A DNA stretch of 64,000 bases from IMGVR_UViG_3300018424_000006:155820-219819, one strand, 5' to 3'; positions 48,151 through 57,354 are shown, counted from the stretch's first letter. The notes: generated from the sequence alone by a model not told the origin. Translations and numbers: made by a program.

Positions 48151-48184
48151 ACTATACTCCTAGGCTAATGCCTAGGAGTATAGT
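48151..48184. terminator. Bidirectional terminator
   Basis: ACTATACTCCTAGGC-taat-GCCTAGGAGTATAGT 15-bp stem. Confidence 0.85.
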
Positions 48185-48196
48185 ATTTATGTTGTC

Positions 48197-48892
48197 TTAT
48201 TTTCCAAGAGGAACGACTTCAATAGATTCAAACTTACCAGACTCGTCATGGATAAGATTGTAGCGAAGAGAAAGGTCGACATCCATGACTTTCTTTATCT
48301 TTTCTACATACTTCAGTTTATCTCCAGAGTAGCCCATTACCATGCCTCGGAATGGTGAGCCATCGGGAGCAACTTGATCCATTGAACGCATTAGGCCGTT
48401 TTGAACAACGTAGATCTTTTCTCCTAATACAGGATGAAACAATTGGAGAGTCATATTGTCATAGTCTGCCGTGCCCGTGCATGCGAATGCAGAGTAGGTA
48501 GTGTTCGTTTCAATCTCATGCACTTCTATAGGATAGCGAAGGTCGTTTTCATACTTATACGTACGGCCATGAACTCCACTATACGGAAGGTATCGACGAA
48601 TGGCTGTTAAGCGACCTAAGTAATCTACCTCAGTCTCGACAAAGAACTCATTAAAAGTATCTGTCTGCTTAAATAACTTCCCATCTTTATCGAACCAGTA
48701 TTTGATTCCATCTATTCGTTTAAGAAGAATGTTTCCGCCTTCCAATTCTTCAATAGAAGAAATCTCTCGGATTTCATGGCAGAATTCATAGTCTAAAAGA
48801 ACTACGCGCATTTCAGGGAGAGTCAAATCTAAAAGACCCGACTTCTCTATCATAGCGATAGTTTCCCAAGACCAATCCATGCACTCCATCAT
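48197..48892 (-). CDS. Hypothetical beta-rich protein, paralog of the 48912 gene
   Basis: Start moved to ATG 48892 by similarity to the neighbour; YD/RHS-like strands (YLGRL, YKYEND, YDESG). Confidence 0.7.
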   Translation of the reverse strand: MMECMDWSWETIAMIEKSGLLDLTLPEMRVVLLDYEFCHEIREISSIEELEGGNILLKRIDGIKYWFDKDGKLFKQTDTFNEFFVETEVDYLGRLTAIRRYLPYSGVHGRTYKYENDLRYPIEVHEIETNTTYSAFACTGTADYDNMTLQLFHPVLGEKIYVVQNGLMRSMDQVAPDGSPFRGMVMGYSGDKLKYVEKIKKVMDVDLSLRYNLIHDESGKFESIEVVPLGK

Positions 48893-48911
48893 CAATCGGT
48901 TGAGCCGCATA

Positions 48912-49640
48912 CTACTCATAACTATAATCCCCAGACGTATGAAGATAGTCCTCAGTAACGTCTGTACAATTCCCTTCATCATCATAGCTAAACTTCAGCT
49001 TAACTGAGTCAAGAGTACGTACGACGTATTCGATTTTCACTTCATCCAACTTCCCGTCTTTATGATAAGTCAGATGCGCTTCAAAGTGTTCGTCATAATC
49101 ATCAAAGCGAGATAGACGCCATTGATTAATATCGCAGGGTTCGAATGCACAGCGAGCATCAAGGAATCGAGCGTCAATCCCAGCCTTGAATTCCTCGCCC
49201 TTATCTTTACCGTAGTAATCAATATCGAAGCCATTGAAGTCCTCATCGTTCTCGTTGATAACAAGTACGTGTCCATACGGATCGTATTTGAAAGAGGCAA
49301 ACTGATGTTCTTCAGAGCCCTCTTTGGCAAAGATAAGCTTCTCTGGACGATTATCGGGACGAAAGGTACCGGAGATTTGGAATACCTCGTCTCCGTTATC
49401 TACTTCCCAGATAATGCCTTCTTTGTCACACTTAAGTGTAACGCCATCATCTAGCTCTATATCAACACCATCTTTAACTTCTTTGATGGACTTAATGTCA
49501 TCTAGCGTATCGAAACCCGGAGTATAATCTATTAGTTCTTTCGCTAGTTCAATATTTTTGAATAAGCGACTGCGGCGTAAGATGGTTTGCTCGAACACAT
49601 TCATGCCCATCATATCCATCGTTATTTGCTTAAGTTCCAT
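48912..49640 (-). CDS. Hypothetical acidic beta-rich protein
   Basis: 242 aa with AGGAG RBS; FKYDPYGHV, YHKDGKL and FSYDDEGN repeats. Confidence 0.72.
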   Translation of the reverse strand: MELKQITMDMMGMNVFEQTILRRSRLFKNIELAKELIDYTPGFDTLDDIKSIKEVKDGVDIELDDGVTLKCDKEGIIWEVDNGDEVFQISGTFRPDNRPEKLIFAKEGSEEHQFASFKYDPYGHVLVINENDEDFNGFDIDYYGKDKGEEFKAGIDARFLDARCAFEPCDINQWRLSRFDDYDEHFEAHLTYHKDGKLDEVKIEYVVRTLDSVKLKFSYDDEGNCTDVTEDYLHTSGDYSYE

Positions 49641-49648
49641 GTGAACTC

Positions 49649-50029
49649 CTATGTGCGTTTAATTATAAATTTAGAAAAGAAGGTTAGAGTCTTAAGCCAA
49701 AGATAAAAAGATAAACTTCTTTCACCCTTAAGTCCGAGTAGGATATAAAGACTGGTCCGACGCATTAACTTTAATACAGTAATACTACGCGTCTTTCTTT
49801 TCCAAACGGATTCATGAAGAGACTTATCATAATGAGTTAAAGGGATGGCTCTGCGTTCCGCGATAAGCATTGTTATTTGCGCATCAAGGTTATGTTTGAA
49901 TTTATATAATTCCATCTGGTAGTCCCCATTTTGGAATACGTCAATAAATTTCATAAGCCATTGTTGCTCAGTTTTAGAATCACGTACTACGGCAAGTGCG
50001 TCACTAACCGGTCTAAGATAACTAACCAT
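49649..50029 (-). CDS. Hypothetical protein
   Basis: 126 aa; TAATG coupling. Confidence 0.65.
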   Translation of the reverse strand: MVSYLRPVSDALAVVRDSKTEQQWLMKFIDVFQNGDYQMELYKFKHNLDAQITMLIAERRAIPLTHYDKSLHESVWKRKTRSITVLKLMRRTSLYILLGLKGERSLSFYLWLKTLTFFSKFIIKRT

Positions 50030-50418
50030 TAGCAGACTTCCTTTAAGTCTAGAGTAACTACATCACGATATTCGTCCCATTTAAGCGGGTCGGTATTTTT
50101 CATCGTTTTCATTACTACTGCAAGTTTATTCCAAGCGTTGCGAGATAATCTAACCATGTCAACATTGATAATAGACTTAGCGTCTTCAATTAAGTCTTTA
50201 GCAGTTAACATATCTTTTTCATCTAGGCCGTAAATGGTTTGTATACAGGCCATATCAGTTGCAGTGTATTTACATACAAGTGGGTTCTCAAACGCATCAA
50301 TTGATTCAACGGATATTCCATTAGCTTCCGCTAGAGAGTACTTACCGTATTTAAGTAGAGTACGCTTTACACGTAAGAAGTGAGCGATGTCTACATATTC
50401 GTTTTGAAACTGTTCCAT
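50029..50418 (-). CDS. Putative XRE-like HTH protein
   Basis: LRVKRTLLKYGKYSLAEANGISVESIDAFEN resembles the Cro/CI HTH; AGGAGAA RBS. Confidence 0.6.
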   Translation of the reverse strand: MEQFQNEYVDIAHFLRVKRTLLKYGKYSLAEANGISVESIDAFENPLVCKYTATDMACIQTIYGLDEKDMLTAKDLIEDAKSIINVDMVRLSRNAWNKLAVVMKTMKNTDPLKWDEYRDVVTLDLKEVC

Positions 50419-50476
50419 TTTTATATTCTCCTGTAATGGACAAGTGCTCCGTGTTACCGGAGCTTTATTTTATTTA

Positions 50477-50857
50477 TTACTTTGTAAAGAGGTGAATGAA
50501 GAACGCGCCTACAGTAATCATTAAGATGCCGATACGCGCCCCTTTCTCTACTTCCGTTTCGCCAGATGACAATCCAAATGTTAAAGCAAAGAATCCAAAT
50601 AACACTAAGTTAAATATAAATTCTGATTTAGCTAGAATTGGATCTACGTTAAGCATGGCTGTTGCAACACGTATGGATACTACTATAAATGCTGCAGTAA
50701 ATGCGCCAGAAAAGAAGACGGCATAAAACCAACGCCCCTTCTTAAATTCGTCAATCATATCGCTGACACCTAGAAGACCCCAAGCTCCTTCGGTACCATT
50801 CTTTATGAGTAGTATGCCTACTCCAATGATTGCCATTATTAATATTAAACTTATCAT
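50477..50857 (-). CDS. Four-helix membrane protein
   Basis: 126 aa, four hydrophobic segments, GGGAGAA RBS. Confidence 0.72.
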   Translation of the reverse strand: MISLILIMAIIGVGILLIKNGTEGAWGLLGVSDMIDEFKKGRWFYAVFFSGAFTAAFIVVSIRVATAMLNVDPILAKSEFIFNLVLFGFFALTFGLSSGETEVEKGARIGILMITVGAFFIHLFTK

Positions 50858-50920
50858 AATCGTTTCTCCCGATTTTATTTATAATGTCCCCCTCTATGTA
50901 AGCAGGGGGACGTGGTCTCT

Positions 50921-51325
50921 TTAACCTACACTACGTAGGCGGCGAGGTGAGACCATCGCACGGTGGCGACCTAACCATTCAATGATACCAGTTTCTAGTT
51001 TTTCTCGATGGTATTCATATCCTTCAGGATTCAACTTAGGTAAAGTTAAAGCCTGTAGTACATTGTAAGCGATAGAGCAGGAAACGAAGTCACGATCGGA
51101 TGATTTCATCGCGTCGAATTCTTCATGTCCACCTAAGGCCCAAGCCATTGTACCAGTAGTGATGTCGTCTTTTAATTTATTTTTATAGTCCAAGACTAGC
51201 TCAGATAAATTTTCGCTATCGAGCTTAGAAGCAATCTCGCGTAGAGTCTTGCTGTGTTCCCTTCCTTCTGCTAGTTTAGGCAGTTCAATAAGAGCGGCGT
51301 CAACTAATGCATCAATGCGTTTCAT
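50921..51325 (-). CDS. Hypothetical protein
   Basis: 134 aa with GGAGAG RBS. Confidence 0.7.
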   Translation of the reverse strand: MKRIDALVDAALIELPKLAEGREHSKTLREIASKLDSENLSELVLDYKNKLKDDITTGTMAWALGGHEEFDAMKSSDRDFVSCSIAYNVLQALTLPKLNPEGYEYHREKLETGIIEWLGRHRAMVSPRRLRSVG

Positions 51326-51401
51326 TGTTTTCTCTCCAGTTAAAATTTGAGGCTGCAGAAAAGGACCTTGCCCACTAGGAGCAAGGCCTTCGTACTACAG
51401 G

Positions 51402-51986
51402 TTAAGCAGCTAACATTTCTTGAATCAACTTGCCAGAAGACAGACGCTGAAACAATTCAAATGACACTCTGGTAAAACCAGAAGGCCACTCACCAACCAA
51501 GACTTCCTCCTCAAGGGTGTTGAAGAAAGCAGCATGACCGACAAGTCGATCCGTGCGCAAGATAATCTTACTCACGTCCATTGCATGCTCGATGGTAAAA
51601 GAACCATCCTCTTCGAACAACTTCGCCCTAAGTTCAAGCCATGTACTAAAAAGCAGCATTTCATTTATAGATGAACCCTCCTTAACAATGTTGTTAACGA
51701 GATGCATGGGTACATCGTCAATATCCTGACATGCGACATAGGCCGCACATAGAACATTGTGATACTCTGCTTTAGAGACAGATTCCTCACGATACGCCCC
51801 AGCAATTTGGTTAAGCCATACAGCATGACTTAAGTAAGGATTGCCAGAAGCTCTCCCTAGACGTTCGCAAGTGTCCTTCGCCTTTAAGATCTCAGTCGCC
51901 CACTTTCGTGAGGGATTGTATCTCATCTCAGAAGCAATTAAGCTTTCTTCGATTTTGGCTAGTCCTTTCTCTATTTTAGTATCCAT
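51402..51986 (-). CDS. Hypothetical early protein
   Basis: 194 aa, AAAGGA RBS, downstream of a TATATTAC motif. Confidence 0.7.
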   Translation of the reverse strand: MDTKIEKGLAKIEESLIASEMRYNPSRKWATEILKAKDTCERLGRASGNPYLSHAVWLNQIAGAYREESVSKAEYHNVLCAAYVACQDIDDVPMHLVNNIVKEGSSINEMLLFSTWLELRAKLFEEDGSFTIEHAMDVSKIILRTDRLVGHAAFFNTLEEEVLVGEWPSGFTRVSFELFQRLSSGKLIQEMLAA

Positions 51987-52044
51987 AGATTTTCCTTTGT
52001 AAGGTAGTCAAGAGACGCAGAATCATTTCTACAGCCTCACCTAT

Positions 52045-52053
52045 GTAATATAG
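52045..52053 (-). promoter_or_regulatory. Early promoter core (CTATATTAC)
   Basis: CTATATTAC on the minus strand; the downstream leader GTGAGGCTGT is shared with the 10508 copy. Confidence 0.65.
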
Positions 52054-52060
52054 TACTATT

Positions 52061-52606
52061 TTACTCTGGAACACGCCCAGGGATAGTTTCGGCTTCTGCC
52101 TGAGTTACCATATTCAATTCTAGGTAATATGCACCATAGATAGCATAAAGGAAAGGACAGCCATTGCAGGAACGTCTACGTTCACGATCATTCATAGAAC
52201 GCTTAGGGTCTTTAAAGGGAAGGTACTTACTTCTTACTTCAGGAATAATATTGTGTTTATCGTCGCGTTTGTCCAGAAAGAAGTTCCCGTCTCTTTTAAT
52301 ATAAAGAATGCCTTGAAGTAGGTCATCGTTTTCTTCAGGTACTTCCGGAGAAACATGCCAACCTTCCGCTTCTAAAATTGTCCTTACTTCTTCTACTCGG
52401 TTAATAAGAACCATAAGGTCAAATCCTAATAGTCCTGCAAACTCATACAGCTTAGAGAGGGACGGTTTACCCTGCCCTACCTCATAACGACCAAGACTGT
52501 TCTCAGTTAAACATAAACGCTTAGCGGCTTTAGTTAAACCATATCCTAAAATCTCCCTAGCTTCTCTTAGAGCTAGTCCGGTAATAGTTGCAATAGAGGT
52601 TATCAT
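52061..52606 (-). CDS. XRE/Cro-family HTH DNA-binding protein
   Basis: LREAREILGYGLTKAAKRLCLTENSLGRYEVGQGKPSLSKL matches the HTH_3 pattern; C-terminal CNGCP. Confidence 0.8.
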   Translation of the reverse strand: MITSIATITGLALREAREILGYGLTKAAKRLCLTENSLGRYEVGQGKPSLSKLYEFAGLLGFDLMVLINRVEEVRTILEAEGWHVSPEVPEENDDLLQGILYIKRDGNFFLDKRDDKHNIIPEVRSKYLPFKDPKRSMNDRERRRSCNGCPFLYAIYGAYYLELNMVTQAEAETIPGRVPE

Positions 52607-52659
52607 AACAAATCCCTTATTTAAGTTTTTTATATAAAAAATAAGTTAAGGGCATAAAA

Positions 52660-52689
52660 AACTACCCTACCGAAAAAGGTAGGGTAGTT
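52660..52689 (-). terminator. Rho-independent terminator
   Basis: AACTACCCTACC-gaaaaa-GGTAGGGTAGTT stem with an A-run on the left. Confidence 0.8.
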
Positions 52690-52693
52690 AGTA

Positions 52694-53836
52694 CTATAGA
52701 TAGATTCTACGGTATTGTTTTCTAGCTAAACGCTTCCAGTCGGTAGGGCGATACTTTCTGGTTTTCCAAGTAACAAAGGAAACCTTGGTACGAGGGTCAT
52801 AGGCTAGTGCAGTCTGAGCATCTCTAGAAGCATAACGATAATTATCCATCTTGGAGATAGTCGTACCATTGCGAATAGCTTTATTCCAGTTAGGGTCTAC
52901 TTTATTTAAAGCATCTATTAAAGCAGCGCCTTGCTGAGCTTTTGTAGGATAAGATTTCTCTTCCGTTAAACCTTCTGCCGTTTCACCAATTAAATTGGCA
53001 AAAGCAGAACTGGCCCCAAAGAACTCAGCAGTATCTGTAATCAGACTTTTCTCGCTAGTACTAAGAGAAGTAATCACAGGCTTATCGCTATATTTAAAGC
53101 CCTTAAGTAATTCTTTTGCAGTCTGAGTACGCTTCTCGTTTGTCATCCTGTCTCCGATAACATCTATCAGAGAAGAAACAACATCTTCTAATCCATATTC
53201 GGCAGCTAGATCCATAATAGAATCCATTGCAGCATTCTGGAGAAGAGAAGGAAGTTTCGTACCGGCTATCATTCCAAGTAAGTCTTCACGACCTTCGCTT
53301 GTCATAGCTTTCTTAACTACATAGACGCCTACTGCAGCAGTCACTGCATAATCAAATCCGGAGGCATCTTTTAAATTATCTAAGGTAAGTTTGCCGTCTC
53401 GAATAATAACACTATTCGTTAACTTACCTGTTTCCTTTATAAGGAAGTCTACATCATCTCCTGCCAGACTACCTATTAAAGAAGGGTCCATTGTCTCAGT
53501 AAGACGTTTAGTGGTAGCGATAACATCACTTAAGCTATTGCTCTTAAGGACATCGTCTAGAGAAGCATTTGGAGGTAGATCATTCTTAACATTTCGAATA
53601 GCGTCTGCAAGAGTAAGGTTGTCTCGCTGCAATGCGGCAGTTAAGTCTCCATCCAAAAGAGTTTCACTGATCTTACCCGGCGGTAGACCGGGGATGGAAA
53701 AACCACCCCCACCTAAACTACTGGAAAGATCGACATTAAAACCGAATACAGAACCGGGGTCGTATGCATCGGCTACTTTGGGGGAATCGCTCGGACCATT
53801 AGAAAACGTAGTCGGCTTAATAGTAGATTCAGTCAT
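52694..53836 (-). CDS. Probable virion structural protein
   Basis: 380 aa; C-terminal LNKVDPNW...R...AS.DA..AL pattern recalled from phiKZ-like virion proteins. Confidence 0.6.
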   Translation of the reverse strand: MTESTIKPTTFSNGPSDSPKVADAYDPGSVFGFNVDLSSSLGGGGFSIPGLPPGKISETLLDGDLTAALQRDNLTLADAIRNVKNDLPPNASLDDVLKSNSLSDVIATTKRLTETMDPSLIGSLAGDDVDFLIKETGKLTNSVIIRDGKLTLDNLKDASGFDYAVTAAVGVYVVKKAMTSEGREDLLGMIAGTKLPSLLQNAAMDSIMDLAAEYGLEDVVSSLIDVIGDRMTNEKRTQTAKELLKGFKYSDKPVITSLSTSEKSLITDTAEFFGASSAFANLIGETAEGLTEEKSYPTKAQQGAALIDALNKVDPNWNKAIRNGTTISKMDNYRYASRDAQTALAYDPRTKVSFVTWKTRKYRPTDWKRLARKQYRRIYL

Positions 53837-53858
53837 ACGGACTCCTGTTTATTTGTAT

Positions 53859-54392
53859 CTACTTCTTCTCAAACGGTATTAACATTAACTCTTTGTTAAC
53901 AACCGGAAGAAGATCTTTAAATTCGGCAGCAAAATAGCAGAAAGCTTGTAGATTACAAACAGCATCTTCAGGGAAACTGACCATAATCTCTTCAGGCTTA
54001 TTAGTTAGATTTCCTAATACCGCTTCTTTAAAACGTACGGTATGTAAAACAGGCTTACCTTCACCGAAGTCACTTTCTGCCATTTCTACACCACTGTGGG
54101 TATCGGCAACAAAGTGGGTATCGGTAATATCGATATTAATAGCAGGTTCGTCGAAATAGTTAGGGAGTGCTGGTGAAGAAGCATGTAAGGAAATCCACAA
54201 ATAATCAGATTTCTTAGTACCTACCCTTAGCCATGCGCCACTAGGCTGCACAACAATCATAGTAGTCGCGTCTATCTTTATGGATGATAAGCCTCGCTTG
54301 TCTCCATTGCAAGATCTATGGACGCCATCTTTATATCTATCTAGATAGACTAAATCGCCACCTAGATTAAGTATTAAAGTTTTAGCTTTCAT
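53859..54392 (-). CDS. Hypothetical protein
   Basis: Start moved to ATG 54392 (GGAGAAAAGGA RBS). Confidence 0.7.
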   Translation of the reverse strand: MKAKTLILNLGGDLVYLDRYKDGVHRSCNGDKRGLSSIKIDATTMIVVQPSGAWLRVGTKKSDYLWISLHASSPALPNYFDEPAINIDITDTHFVADTHSGVEMAESDFGEGKPVLHTVRFKEAVLGNLTNKPEEIMVSFPEDAVCNLQAFCYFAAEFKDLLPVVNKELMLIPFEKK

Positions 54393-54408
54393 TTCCTTTT
54401 CTCCATCG

Positions 54409-54747
54409 TTAGTGGCAAGGAGCCACATATTCTTTTTCTAATTCTTTTGTTAATGGAGGACAGTAAGGCTTGTTAAACCAAAGACTACCGTCCGCTTCCG
54501 ATACAGATAAAACCATACCTTCATGTAAAGCAATACCTACATAGGCAAGTAGACTAAAAATAGACTCGCCCACTTCATAAAGATCTTCAATTACGTTATA
54601 ATCAAGGTATGCAGGTATCCAATGAGTAAAGTCTTCTTCATTTACCGTACTTACATGGTCCGGTATCATACGAAGGTAATGTCTATGGCATGACTTTTCA
54701 GCCTGCCCAGCCTTCATTAGTTTTATTTTTGTTATCTCAATTAACAT
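54409..54747 (-). CDS. Hypothetical protein
   Basis: Start moved to ATG 54747 (GGGGGGAA RBS). Confidence 0.65.
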   Translation of the reverse strand: MLIEITKIKLMKAGQAEKSCHRHYLRMIPDHVSTVNEEDFTHWIPAYLDYNVIEDLYEVGESIFSLLAYVGIALHEGMVLSVSEADGSLWFNKPYCPPLTKELEKEYVAPCH

Positions 54748-54791
54748 AATTCCCCCCAAAAAAATAAGGGCCGAAGCCCTTACTTATACTT

Positions 54792-55151
54792 CTACGCTAC
54801 CTTAACTGGTAGAATAGAAGCGCTACGTGGATCAACTACGAATTCGCAGTATCCATTTAAATCTGGCTTTTCAGTCATAGGTACAAAGGTTTTAATGTCT
54901 TCTTCAAAGACGTAGTGAGATTCTTGTTTTGAATCATCCCAAGATTGTTTCGATAATATAAGTTTTTCTTTGCCCACCATAAGCGAGACCAGATCATCTT
55001 CTATCGGTACCGGTACGCCAACATCTTCCTGATGATAAACATCAGTGATCTTTAGCTTACCGTTACAAATATGAAAAGCATGGATTCCTGTTGGTTGTGC
55101 GATCGTTAGAGATTTACTAAAATCAATATCGCCATTAATATGCTTAGTCAT
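54792..55151 (-). CDS. Hypothetical protein
   Basis: 119 aa with GGGAGAA RBS. Confidence 0.7.
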   Translation of the reverse strand: MTKHINGDIDFSKSLTIAQPTGIHAFHICNGKLKITDVYHQEDVGVPVPIEDDLVSLMVGKEKLILSKQSWDDSKQESHYVFEEDIKTFVPMTEKPDLNGYCEFVVDPRSASILPVKVA

Positions 55152-55186
55152 ATGTTTCTCCCGTTTTGTTTTTATATACCTTAGGG

Positions 55187-55891
55187 CTATAGATTAGCCC
55201 TAAGATTTAATTGCAAGCAGCGTGTGCCGCCTAGGACTAATGTTAGCTCGATATAGTCAAGCTCACATATTTCCAATCCCTCTACGAAGGACTTCCACAT
55301 TATAGTTGGAGTTTTCAGTTTCTTCTTAATAGAAGATCTGACTGCTGAAGCTGAGCGTTCTTCGCCTTCACGTTCAACCGATACTTTAGACTTTTGTTCG
55401 GAGTATTTGACTAATGCATTTTGCCAATCCTCTTCATTTCCTATATAGGTATCGAAGATATCGTTCAATACATTCTTCAAGTTAATCCGACTCTCTTCCA
55501 TATGTTCTAGTTCGAATACTTCATTCGCTCTGGTACATGTGGCAACCGTCTTAATAACAATTGTTCGCTCCAGTTCTACTTCGCCCTTGACGGCACGGAA
55601 AGTTAATTTTGTTATAGGGCGGTTTAGAATAACCATCCCTTTAACAAAGTTAGCCCACGTCATGTCGTCAGCTTTAAGGGCATCATCAAGATTACCCTTA
55701 ATATTTTGGGCTCGCTTAACTCCATATATCCTTTCCATAATGGCTACATAGTTTCCTACGTTTGATTCCCATTTAGGATAGCTGAGTTGCAGTTTCCAAA
55801 GTGTTAGTCTCCATAGTCGAGAGAGGATACCCGTACTGGAATTAATAAACTCCAGATCTGGGTTCAGTAGGTCTTCGGTTTCAACCGACAT
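55187..55891 (-). CDS. Conserved phiKZ-like hypothetical protein with internal duplication
   Basis: Start moved to ATG 55891; two copies of a (N/S)L..AL...(M/I)(T/M)W..FV.G..I motif. Confidence 0.72.
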   Translation of the reverse strand: MSVETEDLLNPDLEFINSSTGILSRLWRLTLWKLQLSYPKWESNVGNYVAIMERIYGVKRAQNIKGNLDDALKADDMTWANFVKGMVILNRPITKLTFRAVKGEVELERTIVIKTVATCTRANEVFELEHMEESRINLKNVLNDIFDTYIGNEEDWQNALVKYSEQKSKVSVEREGEERSASAVRSSIKKKLKTPTIMWKSFVEGLEICELDYIELTLVLGGTRCLQLNLRANL

Positions 55892-56777
55892 GTTTCTCTC
55901 CAACTTTACAAATCTTAACTCCGTTAACAGACAGTGAGGACTTGATTGCCTCAATGATATTGTCAGGGATAAGACCAGACTCAGAATTTAATACAACGGG
56001 TGTTGCATTAAGAGCTTTGTAAAATGGCATACGTTCTTCCATCTTTAAACGTTTAAGATCAATGCTGGATTTTGTTCCAAGCAAATGATTAATCGCAAAC
56101 CGCTCGCCGTCAACTTCAATAAGCATGTCAGGCATTAGCAGTTCAAAGATTTCAGTAGTATGCGCAATATCGAAGTAAGTGGCTTCTGGCCCTCGATACT
56201 TTGCTTCAACCAAACTTTCAAATATGTCACGTATAGACTCTTCAGCCAACTGGATAGTGTCTTCTCTATTTAAATCAACTTCATATTTACGAAGGGATTC
56301 GAATGAGTTAGCCTCTAGTTCCAGATCGGTGCTAAGTCGACAGTCGACGATTCCATCACTAATGACGGATTGTTCGATGTAAGTGCAAATGTTCTCAGGT
56401 AAGAGTCCACTAGCAGAACGCAATACTACCGGAATTGCATTCAGTGCTTTATAAAACTCCAGACGCGAACGCATCTTAGAGCGCTTGATCTTAACAGTGG
56501 CGCGAGTACCGATTGTTAAATCGATAGCATAGCGCTGACCATTAAATTCAATAAGGTAGTCTATTCCGAATAAATCTAATAGACAAAAGTAGTCTGGATC
56601 TTCGTGACGAATTTGTTCTTCAGTCAATCCAGACTTCTCGAGGATAACCTCGAATACTTCAGGGATATAGCATTTGGCTTTGTCGATAATCTCGTTATGG
56701 TCAATGCTAACTGTCTTATCCCAAAAGGGCTTCATCGCATTAAGCTCGAGATTTATTGCCCGCTTTACTTTGTTCAT
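55881..56777 (-). CDS. Tandem-duplicated protein, possible PD-(D/E)xK nuclease fold
   Basis: Two similar halves, each with D.LIE..G.R.AI..and FYKALNA.PVVL.S.SGL.P.NI. Confidence 0.7.
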   Translation of the reverse strand: MNKVKRAINLELNAMKPFWDKTVSIDHNEIIDKAKCYIPEVFEVILEKSGLTEEQIRHEDPDYFCLLDLFGIDYLIEFNGQRYAIDLTIGTRATVKIKRSKMRSRLEFYKALNAIPVVLRSASGLLPENICTYIEQSVISDGIVDCRLSTDLELEANSFESLRKYEVDLNREDTIQLAEESIRDIFESLVEAKYRGPEATYFDIAHTTEIFELLMPDMLIEVDGERFAINHLLGTKSSIDLKRLKMEERMPFYKALNATPVVLNSESGLIPDNIIEAIKSSLSVNGVKICKVGEKHVG

Positions 56778-57279
56778 CTTTAGCCTCTACTAGAGTAAAG
56801 CTCGATAGTAAAGTAAACAAGGATATCAGATCACCGTTCACCGACTTTAATAGTCGGCCTACGGCTGTCCTATCACTATCGGCTTCTGTGGCGTTTAAAA
56901 TCCGTTCTAAATATTCGCTTAACATACCTAATTGTTGGTTTATAAAGGAAGGAGTTATATCAATCTCCTCCAACCATTCGGTAACTGCTTGTTGAGAGCG
57001 TTCGTCTTTCAACATCCCGGGGTTGGTATTAGGATATTTTTGAAGGGATCGTTTTAAGTCACTAAGACGGATATAGCGAGTCTCTAAACTATACTCTGCT
57101 AAGTCCTCTGTAATCAAAGTAACCTTCATTCTTTTAAGCAATTCGGATATTTCTTTTAGGAAATAAAACTGCTTCATTGGACTGTCTTGAGGTAGTACCT
57201 CAAACTCATCCAGTAGATCGAGGAGCCGTTTTCTGACTCGTACCGAGGAAAAGTATCCCCTGATCGCTTGGAAAGGCAT
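56740..57279 (-). CDS. Hypothetical early protein
   Basis: 179 aa, AGGAGG RBS, downstream of a TATATTAC motif. Confidence 0.72.
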   Translation of the reverse strand: MPFQAIRGYFSSVRVRKRLLDLLDEFEVLPQDSPMKQFYFLKEISELLKRMKVTLITEDLAEYSLETRYIRLSDLKRSLQKYPNTNPGMLKDERSQQAVTEWLEEIDITPSFINQQLGMLSEYLERILNATEADSDRTAVGRLLKSVNGDLISLFTLLSSFTLVEAKDEQSKAGNKSRA

Positions 57280-57311
57280 ATGGCCTCCTATAATTTCTTT
57301 CTGTCGTTAAT

Positions 57312-57320
57312 GTAATATAG
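57312..57320 (-). promoter_or_regulatory. Early promoter core (CTATATTAC)
   Basis: AAATCTATATTAC on the minus strand with the upstream TTCTAG element. Confidence 0.7.
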
Positions 57321-57354
57321 ATTTGTACTGATCTAGAACACGGAGGATTCAACT

